Of a stretch of DNA of 64,000 nt, positions 47,776 to 61,332 are shown in pieces. Under the pieces are notes generated by a model, which was not told the DNA's origin, ran no database searches, and saw only the letters and a program-made list of their open reading frames with translations. The stretch comes from Tubiluchus corallicola (taxonomy: Eukaryota > Animalia > Priapulida): assembly GCA_030141605.1 (NCBI GenBank), contig JAQGDQ010000419.1:1-64000 (forward strand), read 5' to 3'. Position 1 is the stretch's first letter. Every line of letters starts with the position of its first letter. The translations under genes and the position numbers were made by a program.

Positions 47776-50700
47776 TCAACACTCGCTTGATGTTTGGTTC
47801 TTTAAACGTGCCTTTAAATTCTGAGATACGTCCGGAAGACTTTCAAAATCGTTTACCAACACCTTGCCGTTATGCGTAAGCAAAACCGGCAAGCTCACTG
47901 ATGCATTTTTACACAGCGTTTCTTCCGCATTATTAACATTACTTGAATGTTCTTGCCCAGGCACATACATGTGGGTATTGCTACATTCATGTTCTTCCCC
48001 ATGCACATACACACGGTTACTACTACTCTCATGTTCTTTCTCGGGCACATGTGTATCGACGCTGTGCTCGTTTGGTTGTATATTCGTCAGAAGAGATTCG
48101 TCATCAGTATCTGCAGTGAACACTTCATTGTCTTCTTTATCAATGTTATCTGAACAACAGATACATACTAAATGTAATCATTTTATTACGAAAAAAAATA
48201 TTTCGAAACATGAGATTGCCAAAGAGCAAAGAAAAACTGACCATCAAAACTGTTTTCACTACGTATCCAACTCAGTCATGCACCAAATGACAGGCGTTTA
48301 CATTTAGTATTTCTATATGTTTGCTGCTTACCTGTAACTCACAGGGATATAGCTGCACAGTTTTAAGAAACAAAAAAATGATTAGATTAAACATGTAAGG
48401 CAACACTTGAATTTTTACAGAGGAGAAGGTAACACTTGAGGAGAGAGAATTAATATTTATTAATGAACAATGAAATCAAGGGAATACAATCAAAACAAAT
48501 GTAGATTCAACAATGTGCGCAAAAACATGGCGAGGTAACTGCTAGCATTTGTTTGAAAATCAATTTAATGGTGGCACTCTATCTTACATATAAAGATGAT
48601 TTTCCACTAATGCCTTCCACTTACACAAAACTACTGTAACATGAAATAGCTTAGCTTGTGCTTGTAGCTTCTATAGTGAAACTATTGAACTTCATGTCCC
48701 TGGTACATTGCTGCTAGATGTTGAATGTTGTTATCAATATCGAATAAGTTTTTCAATGAAGACTTGGGAAATTTTGAAAACTTGAACAATAAAGTCAAAA
48801 TACACGTTTTACTTAAGGGTCTCCAGGTCAATAATATCCCAATCAATTGTAGAATATTTACTGCTGTACACAACAAACATATTAGAGAAACTAAACATTT
48901 TAAGTTGATAATGTTATATTACTATTCATTCTTTTACCTCATATTCATTAGATTGCGACTGTCTTCGTTTAGTAAGTAATAATCTTGTTTAATTGTTACA
49001 TACATAATAATCGTGCACTTTGTCTTTCTCTACAGTATTGTATTTGTATTATTTCTGTAACTAGAGGACTTTTGTATCAGTTCCACTGTGTTGTCCAAAG
49101 GTTGTAAAATAAACACGTTTAAACTAACTAAATAGCTTAGCTTTAAGGATATTTACCTTTGGCCACATCATCATCTGTAGTAGACTGGCTGCCTTTCTGA
49201 TCGTGACCCTGAGACAACTTTGGTTTACACACCAAGAGAGACTCGGAGTCCTTTCTCAAAGTCTGACACTGCTCCATTTCGAGTGTTTCCACTTCTTTCG
49301 GGAGAGCGTATGCAACGCACAGCTTATCCTAAATACAGACAATGAGTCAAAGTTTAGAACAATGAAGAAAAATAAAAGTGAACAATAATTTAAAAAACCT
49401 ATGCTTTCACACGGCTACTAGTTTTGTAGAACCATTCTGCTAGACTACGGGACAAAGTTTCGCCAAATGACCAAAGCATTACACGGCTCCCTCGTTCTTG
49501 AAGTTGTCATCGAATGATAGATGCTGTTATGCATTATCACATAAAAGGAAAAAGCGTTTTTAAGCTTTTTCACCTACAAAAACTAATGAAACATGACTGT
49601 TTCTTTGAAACTTTTTTGAATAAGCCTTTTCACAGTTCCAGTGACTGATCATAGTGGTGAAAAGGTTAAGTGTACCAGACAACACATTTGCGTATACTTG
49701 AAAAATGTCTCGCAACCTAAGAAGTTGTAATAATAATAGTTTTAACAGCTAATTAGAACTTTACCTACTTCACTTTTTTGTTCCTAAGCAAGATCCTGTT
49801 ATTAAATCACTCTATGCACAGACTAATGCATAATTAAGTATAAAGTCCACATAAAGCAACTGAACTTTGCTGAACTGATGCGGCAAAAGGCTTTGCTTTA
49901 CCCACACATCACACGACTATTGCATTTCAGACGCATTGCTGCGGTACACTTAACCTTTGACCTACATCAACTGCGCGTCCGCACAACGAAACAACAAAAA
50001 GGCTTATTGAGTTTAAATCTGACAGCTCTCTGCTTGTTACAAATGCAAAATCTAGAACAGGGGTGTGCAAATTGCGGCCCGCCGAGAGAATTTGTCAACC
50101 TAATGAAAGTGTGGCCCAGGTGATTAATTGAGTGTATCCAGCTGACGTCCGTGCCACGATCCCAAAGATAGTGCGGGTACTACTAGATCAGATGCCATTA
50201 ACCCTTACAAGACGGTTGTAGCTTAATAACACTGTACTACACAGACTGTGTGATACACATTACTAATATGCATTGTAATGAAATTACCACTATCTGTCCT
50301 GAAAATAGAAATATATTGTTTGTAATATAAATTTTAATAACTTCTAAAATAGTTCTTGAGTGTAGTAGTAATGATGTACGCAGGTCGCATGCAAAAAAAT
50401 CGTTATTAGGCCTTTCTGTACTTGGCTCCTTGATCAAACTGCCTGTGGCCTTGAGGAATTGCGGGAAAGTTTAATGTGGCCCGGCTAGTCAGATAATTTG
50501 CACACCCCTGATCTAGAAAATGAAATGAACCTGTGGGCAGAAATAAATGAAGTAACACTTTACAACTTACGACTAGATTCTTTGCGTTATTTTTGTCAGC
50601 GGCAGCATGGTTTATATTGGGCTCATAAGTAGTCTCGTTCTTAATGAAATCAACATTCTCGCTCAGACGACGAGTTGCATTTGTAGATTTACTGTCACTT

Positions 50701-52140
50701 TTGGTAAAATTGACAGAGTTGCCATCGATGCTGGACGATTTTCGTCTTTTGTCCTGTGACCAAAATCTGTGAAAGTGCTAAAAAGAAAAACAACATAAAG
50801 GGACAGTGACATAATGGCTATTTAAAAAACATGATATTTGAAGACATTTTTTCAGCAACAATAATTCAGAAAATACTGAAAAAAAACAGAAATAAACAAG
50901 GTTATCAAAAAGTCTAGTCAAAAATCAATGACAAGTAATTTGCAGGACAGAATAAACAATTTGCAAACCAGTTAGTCCTCAGCCAAACTAGTAAATGCAA
51001 CATCAATTGAATTTAGAAAAAATGTTACATACATTTTTAATACCTAAATACATATAGGCCTGAACTATTTAGAAAGCAAAAGATAGTTAATCTTGAAGAT
51101 ACGTTTAATATGCAAAGAAAAATATGCTTCTAAGGCTAAAGCATGCACATGCACATGCTAACCTGTGTAGAAGTACACAGGTGCTCTACTTTCATAATTT
51201 CAACAACAATCGATGTTACAAAGAATTTTACATGCAACAGTTTTATTTGTAGTAACAATAATAGAGTTTTTGCGCAAGACAAGATAAAAGAACACTGCAA
51301 GTCCGGTAAAGTTATTCCTAAAAGAAGCAGCTCTATGAAAGATTAGGAGTACACATACCCAATTGCTGCCTTGTGAGGTCGGTGACTGAGAATACAGTGC
51401 TGAGTCAACTCCACGAATGCTGTCTGGTAACCAGTCCTGTCGTCGTAGAAACTTCTTGTATTCCTTTTGGACCTGAATTTAAACACAAAACATGTGAATG
51501 AATTGATTGATTCTGTCGATATCTGAAAGGTTTAACAAACAAAACTTTCCATTCAGAGTTTCATAATTCAAGGAAGTGATAACTTGCCCTCTTTAATTAA
51601 GCTGGTTTTTTCAATTTGCTATGTATTAGTAATGTTAATGGCAACTACAACAATTACAATAATTACCATCAAATTAATGTCACCTGGCAAAGATGTTTAT
51701 ATCATCCAAAATAAAACCATGTTCTTTATCATTAGTAACGACTAATAAGTCTCTGTTAAGGACTCCTATTCTTTTCTGATAATTGTGCTTATAGACAGAG
51801 AATAGTTTTTTAAATTTTTAATACATCACGACCACGGGACCAACCCCACGACTTCCCGGATAAAGAACAACAATGGGGTAACAATATATATCTATCTTGG
51901 AACTCTATTACAGTGCTTATATAAAAGTTGTGAAAAAGCTATAATACATCACAATGTTTAAAAAGATATAACGATGACGACGACTACAACAACGACTACA
52001 ATGACAAAAACAGCAACAATAGCAGCAGCAGCAACACCACTACCAACAACAGCAGCAGCAGCAACAGCAAGAGCAACAACAACAACAACAACAACAACAA
52101 CAGCAACAACAACAACAACACCAGCAGCAGCAGCAGCAGC

Positions 52141-52198
<58 letters not shown>

Positions 52199-55100
52199 TA
52201 CCTTTTCATTAAGTAGACAATAGAAGATAAATATAAAGACGCCCTGTAATATGTTGACAATGGTGAAGGCATAGGCTATACCAATTCTCTGTTCATTTAC
52301 ATATAAGAAACCTAACAGCCAGGTCAATCCCAGGAGACAGAGTAACACTATTGCACCCTTTATCCAAGATCTGTAATCATAAAAACAACACAAGTTGATT
52401 AGAGGCAAAGTAGCACAAACAGGAACTAAAACCGCATGACATGCAGTTACATACAAACAAAACCAATTGTGAGTTCAACACTGTGTTATGTTTTGCATAG
52501 GCATTTTATGCCAAGTGTGAAAGTTCTAGCTATGAACAGCAGATATTTTTAAATACACCAGTAAATTTAAATACAGAAAATAGATGCAAAACATTTGATA
52601 ATTCGTATGTTTAAAAAATGACCTTAGTCCTGCAAATTTTATTTGCAATTCTTGAGTCAATTCGAATTTCGAAGGCTCTGTTATGAAAAAAGGTTACAAA
52701 AGTTTGCAAAAGTTTCAGGATCCGAAACAACCAACCCAAATGAAACACTTTTTCCTATCTTACAAAGCGCACTAGCAAACACTTCCCTAAAAGTGATCAA
52801 TTCACCAATTATTCTGAGACAGTGCAATTGAAAAACTTATCACCAATAAGATGGCATACGTTCGTTACTGTATAGAAAAGGGAAATCTCACATAGTAATC
52901 TTACATAAGTGCAGACATTTGAAAGTAGGAATACCTGTAGTTATGCAGGAAGTAATAATACCTGTACTTATACAGGGAGTAAGAATACCTGTACTTATAC
53001 AGGAAGTAATAATACCTGTATTTATACAGGAAGTAGGAATACCTGAATGTCTGAAGTCTGGTTGTATCTCGGTTACGTGCGGCAGCCATGGCTTTTGAAT
53101 GATCACACATCATACAGATAGCAAGTGTTAAAAATGCAGAGTTTGCCTAGAAAATTAAGTATAATATTAAAGTCTACAATACAAAACATTACAAAAATAC
53201 ATTCGCATATAAGTTAATCAAATATTGTCGTTAGACTCGTTATGTTTGATAGTGTTCATGTTTTGCTGAAAATAACAGCTGCAGTTAGAAAGTTAATGTC
53301 AGTTGTAGTGTACAATTTTGTGTTTTAAATACGCGGGCAATCATAAATGTAAATGAAATATGAAAAAAGGCAGTTAGTTAAGAAAATCCATAATTAAAAA
53401 AACTCTGAATATACCTACAACAAAACAACATGGGTGTTGGTGTTGTATTTGAAAATACAAAATAGGAACATGGTAGCTTTTACTTTTCTATTGATAAACA
53501 GGTAATTGTCTTTCCTTTCAAAAAATGCTAATTTAATCAGGGTTTTTACAAAATTAAAAGCTTGTCTAGGCTAAATATATCACTGCTAGAAACATCTCTG
53601 AACAAGTGAAACTCGAGCTGCTCAGAAAGTGTTTTCACATCAGGAACTGTGATGAATCTGATTCTAGTTAATTGTGATTACAGCTGTGATCTTCTGCTGT
53701 ATAATATATTTATTGTTTAACTTTGTTCATGTACAAACAGAATAGGAAGTACAGAACTTTGCCTTTCTGTGTAAAATCACTGTGCTAACAGTTGAATGAA
53801 TAGATCATGAATTTTAAAATAACAAGGAACTTAAATTGACAGCAAATTTATGACAAATGATTATGATTTCCACCAAGGATTTGCACCGATAGGCAGCTTT
53901 AATTCACCATTTTTCAGTATACACATCCAAGAAAACTGCATATCAGTCTGTTCTGAAAGCCTAAATTATATAATCTGTTAACTTTTCAAAATCTGGTTTA
54001 GTTTGCTTCAAGAATTTTCCGACAATGCTGTAAAAGTAGTGCCAAACAAAATAAATGCTAAAATACTAAAGTGTCATCCATTTTGCCTCAGGGTTTGTTC
54101 TTCAACAGAATATTACATTATTTCATTTTAAAATTCATTAAACTTTCATTTTAAAAGAAAGCTGGACGATTGTGTTGACAGTTCAAAATTAAGTATGCTC
54201 TAAGATATTGAAAACTACAACAGCTTTTTTAAAATCAGAACTTATATTAAATAATAATTACCTTGAATAGTTAAATTTCATTAAGATTTCAAAGCTATGC
54301 GTGGCTCAGCGAATCCACTAAGACTGGTAATGGCGCATTTTTGTCACATTCGCGTGGCTGACAAACAGGCGCGGTACTACAATAAGCATGATCATTAACT
54401 GCAGTGTTCACCTGTGACGTACAGCTCATGTTTGTGACATCACATCAGCATCTTATAGCAATCTTCGCTTATGCAAACACGCTTGACATGCAGGGAAGAT
54501 GCCTACTATTGCACAAACTGTGGTTAGTTAGTGACGATAGCTGTATTCGGTCGCCATTAATTAACTTTCCAAGGTAATTATTCAAATATCAGAAAAAAAT
54601 TTGTAATTTTTATTGGAAAGAAAATGGCAATTTTAAACAGTAAATTAAAATGAGATTGAGTCTAATCAATCATCCAGTTTTCCTTGAAGCAATAGTAAAA
54701 ACTTACCATGAGAACTAAAGCCACCGGAATGGCAAACGCCAAAACAAAGTAGTTCTCAGTCGTAAGCCAGCAACTGAAAAAGAAACATGCGAAATGAAAA
54801 AAATTATAACGTTCAAACACCATGCTGAATGAAATACTTTAACAAGTGACAACGCCAGTCAGAAGAGTTAAATATTATACAAAATTGTTGAAAATGACTT
54901 GAAATAACAAGTAACGATGAGAATTATTTACAAAAAGTTAGCTGAGTACTTACTATTTTTCCGTTCCGTAGCCCGACGGGTACACAGCAGCTGACAAGGC
55001 GACAATTAAAGCAGGTGTACCTAAAACAAGAACAGAAGACAAGTCATAATCTCCGAGTCGTGCAGATAAATTGAAAGAATGACCTGATTTGTACAGGAAG

Positions 55101-57755
55101 TAACTTTTTAAAGCTGCAAAACAATGGACTATCATGGACTAACAATGGACAACGGCAGATCACTTGTTTAATAGTCATTGAAATTCTGAGGTGCAAAAAC
55201 AAATTTTTATTTCTGAAAGCGCATTGCTCTTAACAAATTTGTATTTATTTACAGAAACTAATTTGACAGGTACGGTGTTTTCAAAGTTACAAATATTAAC
55301 AAAAAGCCCTGCCAATGACTGTTAGATGCCAGTTGCAGTATGCCACAATGTAAAAAATGTTCTAGAAGAAAAAACGTTTGAAATCTTTTTTGTGCAAATT
55401 AGTAAACATGAAACCCACCGTAAGAAACCACATAATACAATCGAGCTCGACTTTGCTCCGGTTCAAACACTTCGATCAGCATTACATACAGCTGAAGTCC
55501 TTCCATTAACATCCAAGCAAATGCTGACAAGAACAGGTAATGTAGAAAACCAGCTATGACCGCACACGTCACCTAGAACAGAAACGTGTCGGGTAAAATA
55601 GTTTTGACCTCACCAAATAGTGACCTTGTCCTTTTTTCATGAATTTAAGCATTATGAATAGTCAAATTTCAATTTTGTCCTCTAAAGAAATGTTTAGAGA
55701 ACATATTTATAATATTCACAGCACTCCTAAACAGAAACGTGTTCAAAAAAAGTTGTCTGATCAAAATTCACAAGTTAGTCATTAGGTTATTGCATGTATA
55801 TTTGCTTTTAAGTGATTGCAGCAATAGGCAAAATCTTTGCTTACATTTTAATGCAATACAAGTTTATAGATTAGAATCCAATAGTAACCTTGCTGTTCGT
55901 AACTGCTAAAAAGTAAATTATTGAACACCACACCTGATTTTGTGTTTGAGAAATGCCGGCTAAGAATAAAATTTCTCCCAGCATCAGTGTTGCACATAAG
56001 TTCATGTGGATGGTATTCCTGTCACAGTGCAGACCTCTGGCGTTAAGAAAAAAAACAAAAAGTTAATCGTAAATAACATTTTTGACACCTTAAAAATTTC
56101 AAAGAATCAAAGTGCACAATAATTATTCCATAAGTAAAATAAATCAGTGCATGTAACTTGCTACTAACTTTACCAACTTTGTAAATGGATTTTGTTCTAT
56201 GTTCCTCCTAGTGTCCTAGTGGAAATTTGCTAAACTAACTAATAGCAGGCATCCAAATGAGGTCGTACCCCTCTACTTGAAGGAACATACCTGATATATC
56301 ATTCACAAACATAGATAAAAAAGTATTTGAAACTTTATCGCCTGAAGCCTTTCCCTTCACAAAACATGCTTTACCTACAGAAATGTACCTCTGTTAACAG
56401 CATAGCCAATGCAGTACATTCCTTGCGTATTACTTTACTTCAAAATCAGATGACCGGAATAAAACTTACTTCAAGATGGCGAATGTAAGAAATGCGAGCA
56501 GCAGACAACCAATAGAAGCAATACATCCGACGTACGTGATCACGTCCAAGATTAGTGCATGTTTCTCGTTTATCTGCAAGAAATTTACTCATTACACATT
56601 TGTCATACAATTACATATAGAAGCAGCAAGTTGATATGTTGATTATTTGTTTCAAAGTTCTAGCTAATAGCAGTCAAAGGGTTACACTGATGCTTAGCAT
56701 GATGCTGCAGTAGAGTGAACTAGAGAGTAATAACCAGCCAGCTTTTCTTTTTTAAAGCTTTTTGGAATATAAAAATGACGGTTTTTAGTTAAGCCCAAAA
56801 CTAAGAAACCCGTGCAAAGTGAAACAATAACACCTTTGTAAACAAATGTCATAAATTTTAAAAACAATAATAACAACAAGCCATAATAATAAAAATGACA
56901 TCATGAACAACTGATGTTTCTGCTACTGTCAAAGAAGGCTTCAAGGGGGAGGGCACTGGAGGCGATCATCCACCCCAACGTATAAAGAAAATAAAAAACT
57001 TGCAAAAAATAAAAAAGCAAAAATATAAAAAAAACTGAAGGAAAAAAATGAATGCTAGCCAAACTGAAATCTCCACATTTTGTCGGTTAATAACAAGGGG
57101 TGATTTGGCACAAAAAACCTAAAAATTTCATTTGTTACGTGAACAAAAGATTCATTTTATTCCTTGACTTAGTTTTTCCCTTTGCATTTCACTTAGTTAC
57201 CTTGAAAATGCCTACTTTGATCTATGTGCTGGCTCGGTTTTACGATGTTGAGACAGAGATCAGTGTAAACCTTTATCTGTACCAGATCAGAAGAAAAACA
57301 TCAGTGGAGATATTAGTGTCAATAAAATCATGTTTTCATCAACATGTGCCATCATTCTACTTTCTGTTCTAAGAACACGAGTATATATAATCTGTTAAAA
57401 ATCTTTGTTGTTTCTCTCTTGCAGGCGGGTGGAACCCGCAATCGCCCCCCCCCTCTAACTTTTAGCTCTGGAACTGCACCTGGCAACTATAGAATACACT
57501 GAATAAATTGCAAAAAGATAAAAAAAGATAACACCATGCTTCAGATCTGCAGGCATAGTTTTGCAAATCATGAAATGAGATTTACTTTTTGTTGAAAGAA
57601 ATTTTTTAAAGCAGGAAAGTACTAAAGCATCTAAATGACAGAACTCACTAAATTGCTAAAAAGTTTTGAATTTGATGTACCACCAAGATATCGTAAAACC
57701 AGACACTCTCTCCATTTGTTCACGAACAGATACTGTCAGTTCCTCAGACAGATAC

Positions 57756-57788
<33 letters not shown>

Positions 57789-60700
57789 GCAAAAACGTGC
57801 CATACTTCAATGCCATGGATATTCATTAGCACAGCAAAGCTTGTGAGATGATTACAGCTGCAGATCGTATGAGTGTCGTTGGTATTTAAAACAGAGCAAC
57901 CGTAGTCTGACCAATGACCAAGATTTGTTCTGAAATAAAAACAGCAATCAATAATTGTGATAGTGCTAAACAATAAGTTGTGCCATGAAATGTAGTCTAA
58001 CAACTTTTTTGCTACAAACTTTTAGTCACCCTGTGTAACTTGCATAAGTTTAGTCCAAGAGCTGGTCCTGAACTGGAAGATACTGCTGATTTTCATACAT
58101 TTTTTAACTTTTTATTGGATTTGAAGAAAGATAAGTGAGTGCACCAGCTCAGTGTGAGCTAAGTAAGCATTATATTTCACTTCGCTATTTTCTTCTTAAC
58201 ACTTATGGTACACATACAATAATAAATATACAATTTAGAAATCTCAACTACATTTGGAAACCAGAATTGATAGTGTGCCGGCATGAAACTTAAACTTCGA
58301 AACTCACTCTTCCGAGAAATTCCAAAAAGCGCATTTCGGTTTGCTGAGATTCTGTTCTTGATGTCGCAGAGTCAAGATAACCGGTTCCTCTAGTGGTGTG
58401 ACACCAGCGTGGCTTTCACCCAAGGAGGCAAAAATCACCGGGGAATTGACCACGGTTCTTTGACTTTCTTGACCATCGTTAATTTTGCCACGCGTTGCAG
58501 GACTGAAGGGATGCATGTGCTGACCAATGTTGCTAAAACCAGCAAACACTGCCTTCACAAAACCTACAAAATGTATTAATAAGTTACAATAAAATGCAAA
58601 ACAAATTTGGTAACTGTAGAAAACTACTGAAAAAAGCACGTTGCATATATTAAAAAGTTATACCAGCTCTTACCAACTCAGTTTGTAAATGACAATACAG
58701 GTGCATGGTAAAAATGGCACAGCAAAAATTGGCACCGTAAAAATGGCACAAAATGGAAAAGTAAGTAAAATGACACAGTAAAAATGGCAAATAAGTTATT
58801 TTGATGTAATTGGTTTCTATAATAAAGGTAGAATGTAATCAATAGGAAGCAGATGTCTGCCAACGCCGTGTAGTTCTAACCTTATTCGTTTGATTCTTAT
58901 TACACAAATGTAAACAAACAAACAAACGTATAAAAGTGCACCTGTACTGATATTACATATATTAGCAAACAACTCACAAAATATTTGTTAATTAAAAGAG
59001 TTATAATCAATAATGCACGAATATTCCACATACCCTTATAACCATTAATTTTGGCAATGGTGATAGACTGACAATTATGTACGTATAATAAGGGTATACA
59101 CATTAATAAGAAAAGGTTATATAGACAGCATTACACAGTTAAACAAACGAGAATTTCTCAAAATGGAACTGGAACTAACTCGTAGTTGTTTGTCCAGGTG
59201 GAGATAATAAAAAGGTGCTAAACACTCCCTGAGACCTCCACAAAGTGCTTCACGAATGTATGTTTGTATGTGTGTATGTGATGTTTCGTCAAGTTTTGCA
59301 AAAAACCATTTCAGATTTACATTTCTTTAAATAATCGCTTAACACAGATTATAAGGCTGATTAGGTAACTGAGGTTTTAAGAGTAGGTATGTAATTTTCA
59401 AACAGTACAAGCAGGCAAAGTTACTGCAAGGCTGCCGGTAGAGAAGGGAACCTTCAAATTTTAACAGTATGAGTGGTATGAGTGCACTTCGTGATATAGC
59501 AATTGGTATTTGCACACCTCAAAAATAGGCGCATTATTTTATACGTATCAGTTACAAATAATTTTGTAATTTACTGTCTTTTTCATTACAATGTATTTAT
59601 AAGGAAGCTCTACCTTTAATAAAAACTGGAAACAAAACTTTAGTTCTAATTATACATGGCAAACCCAATTTCTTTACGGAGTGCAAACTGCATTTGACTA
59701 TATAGTAAATGCATTAGTGCACCCCCCTTATAAATTCCTCGTTACATGGTAGTACTTACCATCTCTTTTAGGCAAATGTGTTGCTGGAAGTCTTACAGAA
59801 CTGTGACTGAGGCTTGTGATCAAGGGGTTCTCTTCCGGAAATCTGATGTAGTCGTTGTTCATCGAGTCGACGACGTCAATCCTCAACACTAGAAGATGAA
59901 CTTTATCCATTAACACATTACCCAGGACTATGAGATGATTACACAAACTCGCTCAGTTATGAAAAACAGTTATCTACAGTTTGCACTCGCCTGTTGATGA
60001 AAATGTTTTATTCACCTGACAAATCTTATTTTCAACCACCAATCATTATCCTGTCTACCAAGAGAGATACTAAGAAAAGCTCGGATAGAGTCAAATTAAA
60101 TGCAAAACACAAAACCGTATGATTAACCATTTCAATTTACACGGCTTGCTGATTTAACATGTAACCAACAGAGTGAATTTTATACATAAAAAGCTTAGGC
60201 TTAATTACTAACAAAAACCACAGCCAACAAAACTGAATCATTCTTCAACTATTACTCTAGGTACATATTACATTTGGTCTAAATTTAGAATTACCACTTG
60301 GGCAAGGGACTAAACATTCCCTGATCCAAGGAAGTCACAGAGGCATAATATGAATGCATCAACTAACAACTAACGTTTTTGGTTTGCTTACTGACGACGT
60401 GCAAACTTAGCTTTCCTGTCGCAAACAACAAGGCACGCATAAAAACCTCTCAAAAAGGAAAGGTAAAAATATTAAATCAAAGAAAAAAATCAGACTGCAT
60501 CACAAAAAAAGTTTCCTTCCACATTGCATTATTTGTGTTACACAATTTCAAATAAATGTATTTATTTTTAAAAATGTTATATTCCATGCATCAGCCAGCC
60601 TCACACATTATTGCATCCTGTTGTATAGTCAATAAAGTATTGTTAACTTAATAAATCAAAACAACAAGAGAAAATAAACATGTAAACAAAGATGAAAATA

Positions 60701-60905
60701 ATGAAATAATGAAAATAATAACATTACACAAGTTTTTCTGCCACTTGTTCCAGTGGTACGTCCTGTGAATGCCGCTAGCAAACTTGTTGCCGTTCTTCTC
60801 TAAACTGTTCAGTACAGAGGTGGCCGTTTTTATCTGATCCACATAGTTCAGATCATTCCATATGGCTTCATTGTCCAACAGGTTGCTACTTGTCACCACC
60901 ATGGC
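47776..60905 (-). CDS. Latrophilin-like adhesion GPCR (ADGRL/Cirl-like), 3' part: GAIN/GPS, 7TM and C-tail. Exons 60905-60728, 59888-59760, 58563-58308, 57929-57806, 56573-56470, 56036-55934, 55572-55419, 55020-54954, 54773-54707, 53146-53043, 52370-52202, 51472-51359, 50777-50571, 49328-49157, 48149-47776; 5' exons not located, probably beyond the window
   Basis: GAIN motifs (SSNLLD...W, VVNSPVI, CAFWNFS); GPS WSDYGC...HTICSCNHL|TSFAVLM with an intact autoproteolysis site; TM1 [23 protein letters not shown]; [11 protein letters not shown]; [28 protein letters not shown]; GYGTEKYCWL; [21 protein letters not shown]; [21 protein letters not shown]. All exon phases are consistent. Confidence 0.92.
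50058..50510. mobile_element. Non-autonomous hAT (Charlie-like) MITE, 453 bp
   Basis: Perfect 16-bp TIR CAGGGGTGTGCAAATT...AATTTGCACACCCCTG; perfect 8-bp TSD ATCTAGAA at 50050-50057 and 50511-50518; subterminal G(C/T)GGCCC motifs. Confidence 0.92.
51972..52198. repeat. (CAA/CAG)n trinucleotide repeat, intronic
   Basis: Direct; abuts the donor of the TM6-7 exon at 52202. Confidence 0.95.
52925..53046 (-). repeat. 27-bp tandem repeat (4.5 units) that duplicates the exon 5' splice site CAG|GTATT
   Basis: The acctg core of the (a)atacctg motif lies at + strand 52933, 52960, 52987, 53014 and 53041. Confidence 0.9.
54253..54582. mobile_element. Putative MITE, about 330 bp
   Basis: Imperfect inverted ends aataattaccttgaatagttaa ... 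ttaactttccaaggtaattatt around a GC-richer interior. Confidence 0.55.
56936..57482. mobile_element. Degenerate MITE-like insertion
   Basis: G-rich left end (ggggagggcactggaggcgatcatccacccc) and a roughly complementary right end (gggtggaacccgcaatcgcccccccc); resembles the fragment at 18045-18090. Confidence 0.4.
57755..57787. repeat. (GACA)n microsatellite
   Basis: Direct. Confidence 0.9.
58705..58792. repeat. Clustered AAAATGGCAC motifs, probably a DNA-transposon end remnant
   Basis: About five copies of aaaatg(g/a)ca within 90 bp. Confidence 0.45.
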
Positions 60906-61010
60906 CTAAGACAGAGAAACGGACTAGTTTAGCAACCGAATCAAACTTTTTGTTAAATAAAATATCCACTGAATCAGTGAGTTACCGGGTGTCGCTGGTG
61001 TATCACTGTG

Positions 61011-61058
61011 ACCGAAAGTGAGCAATGCTCAGCCTGGTTAGTGAATGGATGGGTGACC
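61011..61058 (+). mobile_element. 5S rRNA-derived segment (internal control region), probable head of a SINE3-like element; not an intact 5S gene
   Basis: accgaaagtgagcaatgctcagcctggttagtgaatggatgggtgacc aligns with metazoan 5S ACCGAAGTTAAGCAACGTCGGGCCTGGTTAGTACTTGGATGGGTGACC (recalled consensus); the 5S 5' and 3' ends are not conserved. Confidence 0.7.
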
Positions 61059-61313
61059 AACCAAGCTGAATACTCGTTCCGGGAAGTTTAATCTACCACA
61101 CTGGCTACAGGAAGCCTAATTATCTCACTGAGGTTGACTGTGCACATTCAAACGTGGCAGGTAAGATAACTTTCCTAGTCATTTTCAACCAAGCTGAATA
61201 CTCGTTCCGGGAAGTTTAATCTACCACACTGGCTACAGGAAGGCCTAATTATCTCACTGAGGTTAGACGTGTGCACATTCAAACGTGGCACGGGTAAGAT
61301 AACTTTCCTAGTC
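61059..61313. repeat. Direct duplication, about 125 bp x2
   Basis: aaccaagctgaatactcgttccgggaag...aactttcctagtc at 61059-61180 and 61187-61313. Confidence 0.9.
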
Positions 61314-61332
61314 TAATTTTCATCTATAAGTA

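Noticed and set aside
51958-52272. Poly-T/L/V/C ORFs
   Set aside because: Translation of an intronic trinucleotide repeat.
61011-61075. Functional 5S rRNA gene
   Set aside because: Only about 50 nt of the internal control region match; the terminal stem is missing.
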